A DNA stretch of 64,000 nt from positions 7,960,889 through 8,024,888 of the forward strand of contig JAHRHZ010000024.1 of the NCBI GenBank assembly GCA_024137785.1, in the 5' to 3' direction. A program made the translations under genes and the position numbers. The stretch is from Ginglymostoma cirratum. Lineage: Eukaryota. Below are positions 54,001 through 64,000 of the stretch, piece after piece. Every line of letters starts with the position of its first letter. The stretch's first letter is position 1. The notes beneath the pieces are model-generated. The model saw only the letters and a list, made by a program, of their open reading frames with translations. It ran no database searches and was not told the DNA's origin.

Positions 54001-57000
54001 AAAAGGTAAGTTTTTTTCTTCAAAGATGCTGCTGATACACAATTAAGACTGCTGGTCACTCTCTCTTCCCTTTTTACAGTATTATGATTAGCAATTGTGC
54101 ACTTGTGACAGGTGTTGCTAGATAACACCTGTATACCACTTCCATGGAGACCAATCCTTAAAGGAGAATGTGTGCATATTTCCTGGTCAGCTGACAGAAG
54201 TCTCCTCCAGCTGTCAAGGCCAAAAACATTCCTTTTATCAAAAGGAACTTGATAATACTAGAGGCTAAAGAGATCAAAAGATACCAGGAGGAAGCAAGAG
54301 AGTATTGGAATCATGGAGTTAACCTTTAGTTGGTGCAGATTCAATGGGCTGAAAATTAAATCTATACTAGTTACACTTTCCAGCAGTGCCCAAGGCCTTT
54401 ACACATGACAACACTTCAAGTGCTCATCCAAGCAGACTTCTCAAAACTTAGGTTTTCTCACCTCCACTGTCCTCCCTCATAGTGCATTCCAGATTCTCAC
54501 CAGAATTTTCCCTCTAACCCCTGGCTTTCACTTGCTCTTTCCCATTCTGCTAAAAGGGAGGAGTTGCTTTCAATCCACTTTAACCCCACCCCTCAGTCTG
54601 CTATACATCCTTCTGATCATCTCCACACCCACTGGCCTACTCCTTTGTTTCATGCAGTGTATTGTAACCTAGAATTTAATACTTTGCACACGTCATTGTA
54701 GATGTTAACTGGTGTTAAAATGACTTTGCAGAAATTGTCAAACAGTTCACCCAAATTCCATATTAAATAGACCTTAACAGTTTTATTCCTGTTGCTGTTC
54801 TCCAATTTAGCTAGGAAAATACTTCCTCTTCATGCCATGATAACCAAGCATGTACTAACATGAAATGAACCATATTTGCAGAGTGAGTAGTTTGAGTATG
54901 CATAAGAAATCACTAGTTGTATCCTCTATAGCAAAGTAAAACTACTGCAAACCAAGCTATTTGCATGACTATTTAAATTCCTTTCCAAGATTGGAAGAGC
55001 AACAGCCAAACCAGCTTTGGATGTTAATGATTTGAAGTAAAAACAAATGCTCACTGGCAAGATCTAAATGGAGTCACCATTTGTGGCGTGCACTCTTAGT
55101 GCCTCCTCCAGTCTTCTGGGCAAGCCAAACAGCTTCATGCAAACTTCTCCAGTAAAATTGCGTGTTTTAATTTCCTTTCACCTCCACTCTTAATTCCATT
55201 TTCTTGGAAATGAGCATTTGAGTAAAGTAACTGTTCCATTCTCTAACTAGAGGGTCTGAGCTTTCTTCAAAGTTGGGACAATGTCTCTATACAACTTCAG
55301 TTATGAATCTAAGGCCCACTCAATTTGGGCAAAGGAGTTGAGTTTTTCAAAGTCTACTTTTTCCAATTATGGAATTATCAACTTTGCAGTGAGGGAGTGT
55401 CTTCTCACCTTAAGAAGGCATATAGCAGGAACTAAATTTTTAATGGAATGTTAATTGCATTAATAATACTTTAACTGAATCTGTTCAGCTGCAAAGGGAT
55501 CATGAATCCAACATTTTTTCAGTTGCATGTTCTGGGTAAACCAAAGAGATGACATCCACTCCAAGGTTCACATTGAGACAGCAGGAATGGATGGTTCTGG
55601 AAGAAAAGTCATTGTGGTTCTTGATTCACTGAAACCAATTGGATTGACTCTTGACTATCCAACTGAGACACTCTACTGGTTCAATGAAGATTATGAAGTA
55701 AGTGCACCCAGTCTGCTGGAGTGTCCTAACTTGGACATATAGCTTCATGAGGGGAATTCAAGTGTTTTTAAATGTTCCAAAAGGCTAGCCTGAAAGACTA
55801 GACAAATGGTTGCTAGTGGATAACTTGATTAGCAGCAAAGTAGATTCTAGTTGACATAAACATGTCCTCAACTGAAACTAATTTTTAGTGTTAATGTTTT
55901 CAAGTATTCAGGATTACCTACCATTTTATCATTGGGTCTTGTGGTGATGAGTAAATTAGTGTCTGGGACTAATCTTCTTTAGATAAGGTGAACCAATTTG
56001 GATGAATTTTACTGTAAAAGTTGCCTTTTAGCACTGAGGCTGACTAACTTTTTAAGCCTTTTCCCCCCCCAAGTCTGTTGAATCCATCAATGTGGATGGC
56101 ACTGGGAGATTCTCAGTTTCCAACTTGGACATCACAAAACCTCAAGGATTTTCAGTATCTGAAGGCTGGTTCTACTGGTCTGAAGCAAATAAAGTCCTCC
56201 GTATATCCCACCATCTGAGAAGGCCAAAGGAGGTCTTAATAGATCCTGCAGTAGCTTCCATTTTGACCATAACCAACCAGCAACAAAAGAGTAAGTCCTG
56301 TTTTGGTCATCTTGCTTTGCAAACAGAAACCATAAGCAGTGGATGTTTTCTAATCAACCTGTTAGTATTAACTTTAACTATTTTCATTTGCAGGTAGTCA
56401 TCAATGTCAGAAAGCAGAATGCAGCCATATATGCTTGCTTTCTCCATTGAAAACTAAAGGCTACAAATGTGCTTGTCCTCAAGGAATGTACCTAGTATCT
56501 GGAAAATGTGAAGGTAGGTTTGGTTATATGCAATAGCAAACTGCACTACTTCATGCAGTGACTTGATTTCTCTGTCCCCATTGACTACACAATGGTTGTC
56601 ATATCAATGGCATGTAAGTAGCTTGTGCCAGATTTAACAAAAGACAAGAATCTCTCCTGCAAGTAGCCCTAGAGACCTTACCTTTTTGCCAAGGTGCAGT
56701 TACCAGCAAGTCTTGCCAGTAGCCACAAGCTGCCAGGTTATTTGGCAGGCAGGTTAAAAGGTCCCTTTGATGCCACTGTAAAAATTCATACCAATGGCTG
56801 GTTTTTATTTTAAAAACATGGGTGTAGAACTAGAAGCCAGCCACTTGCCTTTGTCTGCTACCTCATTGAAAATGGTGGAATTGTTGATCTCCCACACTCC
56901 CTTTCTTCCCCCCCCCCCAATTTTTACATTAATTTTTCACTGAGGGCTTGAGCCTGTACTCATCCTTTCAATTGCCCCATAACTGGGATCCACTGATACT

Positions 57001-60000
57001 GTGCCTCCATGTAGCTTCCCTTTTTAAGGGGTGAAAACTGTTCACACTTCTAGGTACAGTAACAAGTGCATTGCATGGTTTAGTAAAACTCTTACTATTT
57101 GAATTGAGCCCAATATTCAATTTGCCTTCCATATTGGGCCAATTACTGCTCTCCATCTGGTCTCCTCAGCAAAGCAATAGGTGTTGGCAACAATGCTATT
57201 GAGCAAAACCTGCCTAATCACACAACACCGGTTTGGGTTCCAATAGGGCCACTCGGTCTTGGTCTTTGTTTTTAGCTTTTTGAGCCAAAAGTTTAATTCC
57301 AGAAGGTGATTGCCCTTAATGTCAGTGCCACATCTGACAGTCTGGCATCAAAGAGCCCTGGGAAAAACTGAATTAGTGGGATTTGGCAGGAGGTGGAGTG
57401 GAATCTTGCTTGCCCTCCCTGATCTATCCACTTTCTAACTTGTCTAACATTAAAACCTTGTCAAAGGCTTTACTGAAGTCCAAGTAGCTAGTTTGCTGCT
57501 CTGTCCTCTTTAATATTCTGGCTGCATCCTGAAACTCAAATCAAGTTAGTGGGACAGGACTTTTCCATGCACAAAAAGCCATGCTGACGATCCCTGATCA
57601 GTCCTCACCTCTCCAAATAAATGTAAATCTCAATCCCTTGCAACTTGCACACAACAGGTGATGTGAAAATTTGCACCTATGGTAGCTTTTCAATGTGTGC
57701 AGAAAAACACATCCCACTATCCTGCAGCTTTTCTGCAGTCTGACCACTTTAAATACTACTTGGCTGCTCCCTCCTTTTTCTGCCAGCACATAATCTCAAT
57801 CTCATTTTTTCCACACTACTTTTTTTAATCTGAAGTTTTTTGCCCCCTCACTTGCAGACTGTCACAACCTGCTTTCTCACCTTGTCATGTGCCAACTTGG
57901 TTGCATTGTATTCTTTCCTTCATTCCCCCCACCAAATTAGGACCATGTAAAACAATTGCCCCAGCACACCTATAAACACTACTGGAGTGAAGTCCTCATC
58001 TTGAATACTACCTTATCCTAACAGTTTGGCCAATCCACTCCATCCCTATACTACAATATCATAAGTACTCTACAAATTAAAAACTGCAACATTTGTATGC
58101 AGTACCCCTCAATGCCTTTTTAGAAATCTTAATTTCCCAAATCTGGTTCCCTTTCTCCTGCTTGTTACTATAACTGAGCCTATTTCAGCCTCCTTTCAAA
58201 GCCATGTTGGCTGTACATGATCCATGTTAGCTCATCCTTTTATGGATTCTAACTTCTTTCCCAGTGACTAAAGTTTGAACATGTTCCCTGCTGCTGTGAC
58301 ACCCCCAACTTCTCATTGCTTGAATGCAACTCAGTGTAGTGGGAAGTGATTGGATTCCCCTGCCAAAACAATTACCTATAAACCCAAAAATTCAAACCCT
58401 TAAGTTTGTTTTAATCTAAATGCAAAGTATTAAACTGTTTATCCCTGAGTAAACACTGAAATTAGCTTGTTGGGCCATTAAACAGTAATAGCTCCATCCT
58501 GATTAATGTGTAAAGGAAAGTTTAAGTGAATTGTTTCTCTACAACTGTAACTGCAGAGTTTCCCCTTTAAGAGGTACTAGGTGAATAGATGGACATGTGG
58601 GTGTAAGGGATGGTACACTTTTTTGCATGTAAAACCTCTCCTCATACCATAGACTATGGTCCACCACTCCAGAGGTGCTAGAAACAAATTCCTGTGCCAA
58701 AAACTTGACATTCCATGATAACTGACTAGCTTCATTGTTGAGATGGTTATGGAGTGCTCAGTGCAGGTTTGATCTGGACCAGCCCACAGTCTTGAGCATC
58801 TGCCAAAAAAGCATTAAGTCAATCCTAGAATTGGGTGTCAGCCCAGTTGAATGCAATCCTAGATTGCAACACTACAAACTACCCCACCTGTAAACAATAT
58901 TACTGAAATACTGTGTACTTTGTAATTAAAGTACAAGTCTGTTCTTTCTAACACCATTTTTTAGATGTCAAGACTCTCAGATCCTACACTAGACATATCC
59001 AGCCTTCCGATCAAATAGGTCTAGATTTGGCTAGAGTTCTAAGCATACTTTTATTGAAATGTGGTGATTGAAAAGTCTTCCAAACAATACAAATCTCCCT
59101 GTCATAGCCTCAGAACTGAGGTATTGCAGTTTTGGGTGGCTTTTCAAAAAGCTGATTTCTTGTAATTCACTTTGCATTCCTTTGTATTTTGCTCTCAACA
59201 TTTTGGGAGAAGTCCTCCTTTTTAAACTACCTGTTGGGACAGCTTGTCAAGTGTAACAAACCATTTTGGACACTCAATCCAGGCACTGAATTAAAGTACA
59301 TCTTCCTATTAACCACTTTCTTTTTACCTACTGTTTCAATTAGGGTATGGATTTTGGCTAAACTTCTGAAGGAATGTGCATTTGTTTTTCCAATTTGAAG
59401 GTGATTGGAGTCATGTGGAATAGTGAACTAAAGAACCTTGCCAAGAAAAGTTGGGAAGTCTAGCCATAAGCAGAATTCAAATTGTCTGTCTTTCTACAGA
59501 AACAGATGGCAGGGGCAGTTTGTGGGTTGATTTCAGGTGCTTCACGCAAAAGTGCAATTTCTTTGCATGTAGAAGACTATCATCAATCCAAAGCGCAGTT
59601 AATACCTTCCCAGAACTCTAGGGACAGACCACACCATTGACAGAATATACAGTCAACTAAGGAATCTTTAAAGTAAAATACTTCCCTCTTAAGTATCCTG
59701 CTAGGGAAGGGATTGAATTGTTTTGCTGACTGTACATAACTTGGTCTTGTATAAACAAGTATACTGGCAGCATTTTGAAGGCCTAGTAACTGACACTTGT
59801 AACCAAATTGCAAAGTAATCCATCAAACCAGATTTCACACAAATCTGGCTCACTTTTTTTAGTACTGCATCAGCTGGGAGCATGAAACAAATCTTGCAGT
59901 TCCCATCTGTTCTTAAAGTGTAATCTTTGATCTAGTGACTTTTTTAGCAACACTAAAAGTTTCTCAACAATCCCATTCTCAGCAATTTCTAGCCTTTGCT

Positions 60001-62737
60001 AGAATGACTTTCTAGTTTTGTTCTTTTGACCTTTAAATAACCTGATGGAACAGCTATTGGCAAGCTGGCCTTCCACCTCAGTTTAATATTGAGGTGCCCT
60101 TTAGCAGTAAGTGAAATAACTAATACCATGCACTGATGCTTTTAATTTGTAGGAAACCGGTCTGTGTGCACAATTAATAACGGAGGCTGTTCAGAGAGGG
60201 ATATTTGTATCCAGCACACTAATGGAGTTTACTGCCTTTGTCCAGATGGTGAGGATTGTTCTCCAGGTAACTTATTTATATCCTGGCAAACTAACAATTG
60301 ACCTATAGCTTACAAGGATTATCCTTCTATATAGCATGGTTGTATATACTAGACTTGCTTCTAAATAGCACTTGAGACATTGGATATAAACTATGCTAGA
60401 GAAATTCTGACAGCCCCTGTCTTAAAACCAAATTTTGTACAAGTCAAAAACACTAGCGCTGATCTAGATGTTAGACTTGCTCAGCCTCTCCAGCATCATG
60501 GTTTCTAGTTTGTTTATAGCATACAATATTTGGGTTCTTGTGGACAGCATAGCCTTGATTTGAAATGTGGGATAATTAACAGGTTCTGCTTTTCACTATC
60601 ATAAATATTGACCTGGGCACTAGAATAGAATAATACCCCTTAAATGCTGACATGAGCTTATTTTACATCCACATAAGCAGGTAGTGGGGGATCACCAGTT
60701 AACTGTTCTGAAACAACAGTGCAGAGCTGACCAGTACAGAACTGAGGAAGTAGTCGCTGCTGAGTCCCTGCAAGTGTGGACTTGTTGGCCACAGCTGACC
60801 ACCTGCTACATTTAAACATAAATTCTGTGGGCCTGAATGTTGGACTTCAAATTCTGCTGTGCAGAATTGAATGTAATGCCATGGCTTCCAAGGGGGTATC
60901 AAGTGCAAACTTTCCAGAATCAGAATTAAAGATCTTGGGCAGCATGGGGGCTAGGGTAAACTTGGCAACACTAAGACTTTCAAGCACACACAAATAATGG
61001 TCATCTGATCATAACTTGAAATCAGGGGATGGGCTTTCAACACTAACTTCCTGTCTTTGGTGCCAGTGGAATAAGCTCACTGAACGAGGAGTTTCACAAG
61101 GCTATGTGCATGATTCTTGACATATCCGACTCCTACATTGTGCAAACACCATCCATTCTCCATGTCTGCATGGGTTTCCTCCAACAGCCCAAAGGTATGG
61201 CCTAGTTGAATTGGCCATACTTAAAAATTACCCATAGTGTTCAGGGATGTGTAGACTTGGGTTATAGGGGGTGGGGATATTCTGGTCAATGTGGGCTGAA
61301 GGGCCTGTTTCCACACCAGGAATTTTGATTCTGAAATTCTTGTGCATTAAGAGAAAATAGGACAAGCAATTTCAGCTACTGTGACCACCTAACTAGTATT
61401 GCTGTCTCTCAGCAAAGGAACCTGGGTTTGATTCCACCCTCTGTGCAAACCTTCCCAGACAGTTGCCATTCTCCTTATGTCTGCATGGGATTATCTGGAT
61501 ACTGTAGTTACCCTTTCTCCTCCTCCCCTCCACCCCCCCCCCCCCCAACATCAGTCCAAAGATGTGCAGGTTAGATGGATTGGCCATGGGAATGCAGGAT
61601 TAGTGGGGGTTGGGTTCAGGTGGGATGCTCTTCAGAGGGTTTGTGTGGACTGAATGGCCTACTCTCTCTGACTCATTATTTTGTGCAGAAATGCACTCTG
61701 ACCAATGCACTAAGCAGACCACTAGAGTTTGTTCTGAGGTTGCGTTGAATTTCTGGTGGTAATCTTGCATTCACCTTTCAAACTGCTTTGGATTAAGTGT
61801 ATGGTTGACCAAATCTTCAGATTATACTATCGAGACAATTAAATTAGCCAACCTCACCAACCACCCCCCACCAAAAAAACTTAAATTCTGCAAGATCCCT
61901 ATCAATTAAAATTTATTGAGCACTAAGTTCATTAAATCCAGAATGGTCAAATCAATACTGACAGCACATATGCTGCATGTAGACAGGTTTTCAGCTGTGT
62001 ACTTGTTATAGTGAAACAAAAGGTCTTGACCAGGCAGATGCAGTGTCTAGAACTGAGCTACTTTCAAAGTAGCAACTGTTTGAGACTAAACTTAGTTATG
62101 TTTAACTAGCAACTGAGTCTAGGGAGATTGCTTCAATCTGCAGCTGTTAGAAGCAATTAGGAATGTTCTAAATTTCAAAAACCAGAAGTAAACCTAGGTG
62201 TCCATCAATCCAAAGGATATCCAGAGAAATCCCCAATCACAGGACTTCTGCTTTGAAAACAAGATTCTTAGGGTTTTTTGGGGGCAAAAATAGGACCTCA
62301 ATAGCCTGTTTGACTCAGTTCTGATTTTGTAGCCAAGTTTTTAAAATGCCCTGAGCAGCCCGAGCAAAAGGACACCATGGTTTATCTCTGATCACCAGAA
62401 ATTCTAGACATCACCCCAGCACTCCTGATAAGCCAATCTAATTACTGACTGAGATTTCAGATTGAGAAAATAACAAGACTCCCAAACACAATTTGTCACT
62501 GCCTAGCAGGAATCAGTGCTCAGTGGGGGGAAAATTTTATAACCTGACCACTGCTTTGCTTTCTAGATACTTGGGAAGTTCAGCAGGACTATGGTACAAC
62601 ACTGCAGTGTGATCGCACCTTCTTCCTTTGTGACGATGGCTCTGAATGTGTCAGTATGGAATATAAGTGCGATGGTGACAGAGACTGTCCTGATGGGTCT
62701 GATGAGATTGGCTGTTCAGAAGTGTGTGATGAACCAG
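41676..62737 (+). CDS. LDL-receptor-related protein gene (LRP2-like / Lrp13-vitellogenin-receptor-like), exons 1-11, about 575 aa; continues beyond the right edge
   Basis: Eleven GT-AG exons join in phase: signal peptide, 3 LDLa, EGF, 6-blade YWTD propeller, EGF, EGF, LDLa. Family is clear; subfamily is inferred. Confidence 0.92.
43248..43551 (-). repeat. HE1-like SINE, deletion-eroded
   Basis: Reverse complement of the family with several 2-8 bp deletions. Confidence 0.8.
43935..44171 (+). CDS. LRP exon 2, two LDLa repeats
   Basis: CGEKKIQC...[16 protein letters not shown] and CLGMQWQC...[10 protein letters not shown]; cctag| ... G|gtgagt, phase 1-1. Confidence 0.97.
45151..45270 (+). CDS. 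LRP exon 3, LDLa repeat 3
   Basis: [33 protein letters not shown]; ttctttgtag| ... G|gtaaga, 120 nt. Confidence 0.95.
45754..45870 (+). CDS. LRP exon 4, EGF-like module
   Basis: [36 protein letters not shown]; 117 nt, phase 1-1. Confidence 0.95.
46006..46165. repeat. Near-perfect inverted repeat (71-bp arms, 18-nt loop) derived from a PLE terminus
   Basis: 46006-46076 versus 46095-46165, 2 mismatches by eye. Confidence 0.9.
46420..47100 (-). mobile_element. Eroded LINE 3' fragment (same family as 39985-40620)
   Basis: Tail atattgcctatccctaattgc and remnant ORF2. Confidence 0.6.
47715..48280 (-). mobile_element. Eroded CR1 3' end
   Basis: Reverse complement of the 24925-25455-type sequence with many short deletions. 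Confidence 0.8.
48805..49008 (+). CDS. LRP exon 5, start of YWTD propeller
   Basis: HFLVTAGQQ...[17 protein letters not shown]; ttttgcag| ... G|gtaatt, 204 nt (NAGNAG acceptor cagaag). Confidence 0.92.
49560..53200 (+). mobile_element. Long, heavily eroded CR1 (ORF1 esterase-like plus ORF2) with nested inserts
   Basis: [21 protein letters not shown]...GFYYRPP, QGSVLGP and CR1 tail; Rex/L2-like insert about 51690-52230. Confidence 0.75.
50741..50891. repeat. Palindromic PLE-terminus element, deletion-eroded
   Basis: gataacaaggtgtagagctggatgaacacag ... ctgtgttcatccagctctacaccttgttatc. Confidence 0.75.
53840..54005 (+). CDS. LRP exon 6, YWTD repeat
   Basis: [20 protein letters not shown]...; ccccag| ... 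AG|gtaagt, 166 nt, phase 1-2. Confidence 0.96.
55523..55697 (+). CDS. LRP exon 7, YWTD repeats
   Basis: MFWVN...[13 protein letters not shown]...[15 protein letters not shown]; 175 nt, phase 2-0. Confidence 0.96.
56074..56290 (+). CDS. LRP exon 8, end of propeller
   Basis: [12 protein letters not shown]...[15 protein letters not shown]...QQQK; branch point tgactaac near 56041; A|gtaagt. Confidence 0.94.
56394..56513 (+). CDS. LRP exon 9, post-propeller EGF
   Basis: [36 protein letters not shown]; follows a 103-bp intron; phase 1-1. Confidence 0.96.
60153..60266 (+). CDS. LRP exon 10, EGF-like module
   Basis: [38 protein letters not shown]; ttgtag| ... G|gtaact, 114 nt. Confidence 0.92.
61140..61670 (+). 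repeat. Two eroded HE1-like SINEs
   Basis: Core and tail motifs at 61140-61330 and 61395-61670. Confidence 0.7.
62567..62737 (+). CDS. LRP exon 11, LDLa repeat starting a second ligand-binding cluster
   Basis: [36 protein letters not shown] then SEVCDEP; ttctag| ... G|gtattt. Confidence 0.96.
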
Positions 62738-64000
62738 GTATTTAATCAGTTCTTTGCTTTTGCAAAGTTTTTTTCAGAAGCTAATTGGATATAGAAACTG
62801 CAAGTACAAACTTGCTATCTAGTCTACTGCAGCAACTATTTACAATCCAGCCCTGCCCACATGTGGGGAGGCCAAGCTTTGTGACCATTTTCCAGGTCAA
62901 CTTGGTACAAGCATGACCCTAATGTTCCTATTCATCCTGATTTTCATGCATGTACTACTGTCTAGGTCCAGGGCAGAGAAGGCCAAATGCAAGGTGGAGC
63001 AACAGCACCACTCTTAGTAATTTTCAAGCTTTCTGGACTCACTGAAGCTGTCAAAATCAATAATCTGTCCTTGGCCTAGGCAAACTCTTCCCAAAAAAAC
63101 CCACCATCCATGTTTTTTCACTTTGTTCCTCCTGTCACTTATATTGCCATGTTTGGTCTGATGCCTCTGATCTCCGATCATTCATTCTTGATTTCTTTTT
63201 ATTCTTACCTGCCCTTCTCTTCCACATGTCTTCGCTATTTTACAGCATAAAGATGTGACTTTTCCACCTCCAATTCTGAAGCATATTCACCTCATTGTTT
63301 CAGTCTGAAGAAGGGTCACCAGAGCCAAAATGGTTTTTTCTTCACAAATGCTGCCAGGCCTGATAAGATATTTCCAGCAACTGATGTATTGTTTCTCTTG
63401 CCAGTGATGCAAGACTTGCTAAGATTGCCAGGTTTTCACTTACCATCTCCAATGCTCATTCAGTTAGTGCCAACAAGAAGCTAAATTGCTGCCTCTTGTC
63501 TTGTAACAATTGAAATGAGAAGCATCTGACTTCAGCATAGTTATAAGCTAATGAATTCTTTCAAATACTGAATGGAGAAATAGCCCTCTTTGCTTGGTTT
63601 TAACCATGATTTGGCTGACTCAAAAGACAGATCCTGATTTAAGTGAAACCTTTTTGGCTTGAATTCATTGTTCATTTGGCTTTATCCTTGCACCTTATTT
63701 ACCAGGTTGATAACTAAACTAAGGACTTTGTTTTCCAGTGTTAGTTTAAGTGTACACTGATGTCAATATTGCTGATGTTAGACCCTGACTACTTTGTATA
63801 TTTATTACAGTAGTGCAGCCAAGCTGAAATTGAAGTAGCACTCTATTCATGGGATGTGAGCTTTGCCAGCTAAACTAGCATTATTATCCCCCTTTTTAAC
63901 TCCCCTTAAGTGGTAAGCTGCAACCTGAATCATTGTAGTCCACTTAGGTGGCTGATTCTCTGCACCCCCCCCCAGCCCATTGAGGTTTGCATTTTGACTG

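Overview
Repeat-rich vertebrate genomic DNA, very probably a shark (the SINE, CR1 and Penelope families look elasmobranch). It holds two divergently oriented multi-exon genes, both running off the window. (1) On the minus strand is a paladin (PALD1-family) phosphatase gene: 8 coding exons from ATG 31308 to 2143, 366 codons joining in phase, with an MG..S myristoylation start, an intact CX5R motif and one inferred GC-AG intron. (2) On the plus strand is an LDL-receptor-family gene: 11 exons from ATG 41676 to 62737, about 575 codons (signal peptide, 3 LDLa, EGF, YWTD propeller, EGF, EGF, LDLa...), possibly an Lrp13/vitellogenin-receptor-like or LRP2-like gene. Introns carry CR1 and other LINEs, several SINE families, a broken hAT transposon and Penelope-like elements (PLEs) with minimal hammerhead ribozyme motifs. 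Points of most interest: short palindromic hammerhead-bearing PLE-end elements; a PLE insertion that captured 93 bp of neighbouring DNA; a SINE triplet separated by a conserved 13-bp spacer; an exon that regenerates the upstream 5' splice site; possible loss of a propeller domain; and a short-deletion/CpG-loss footprint confined to the LRP gene body. All calls are by-eye translation and recall; no searches were run.
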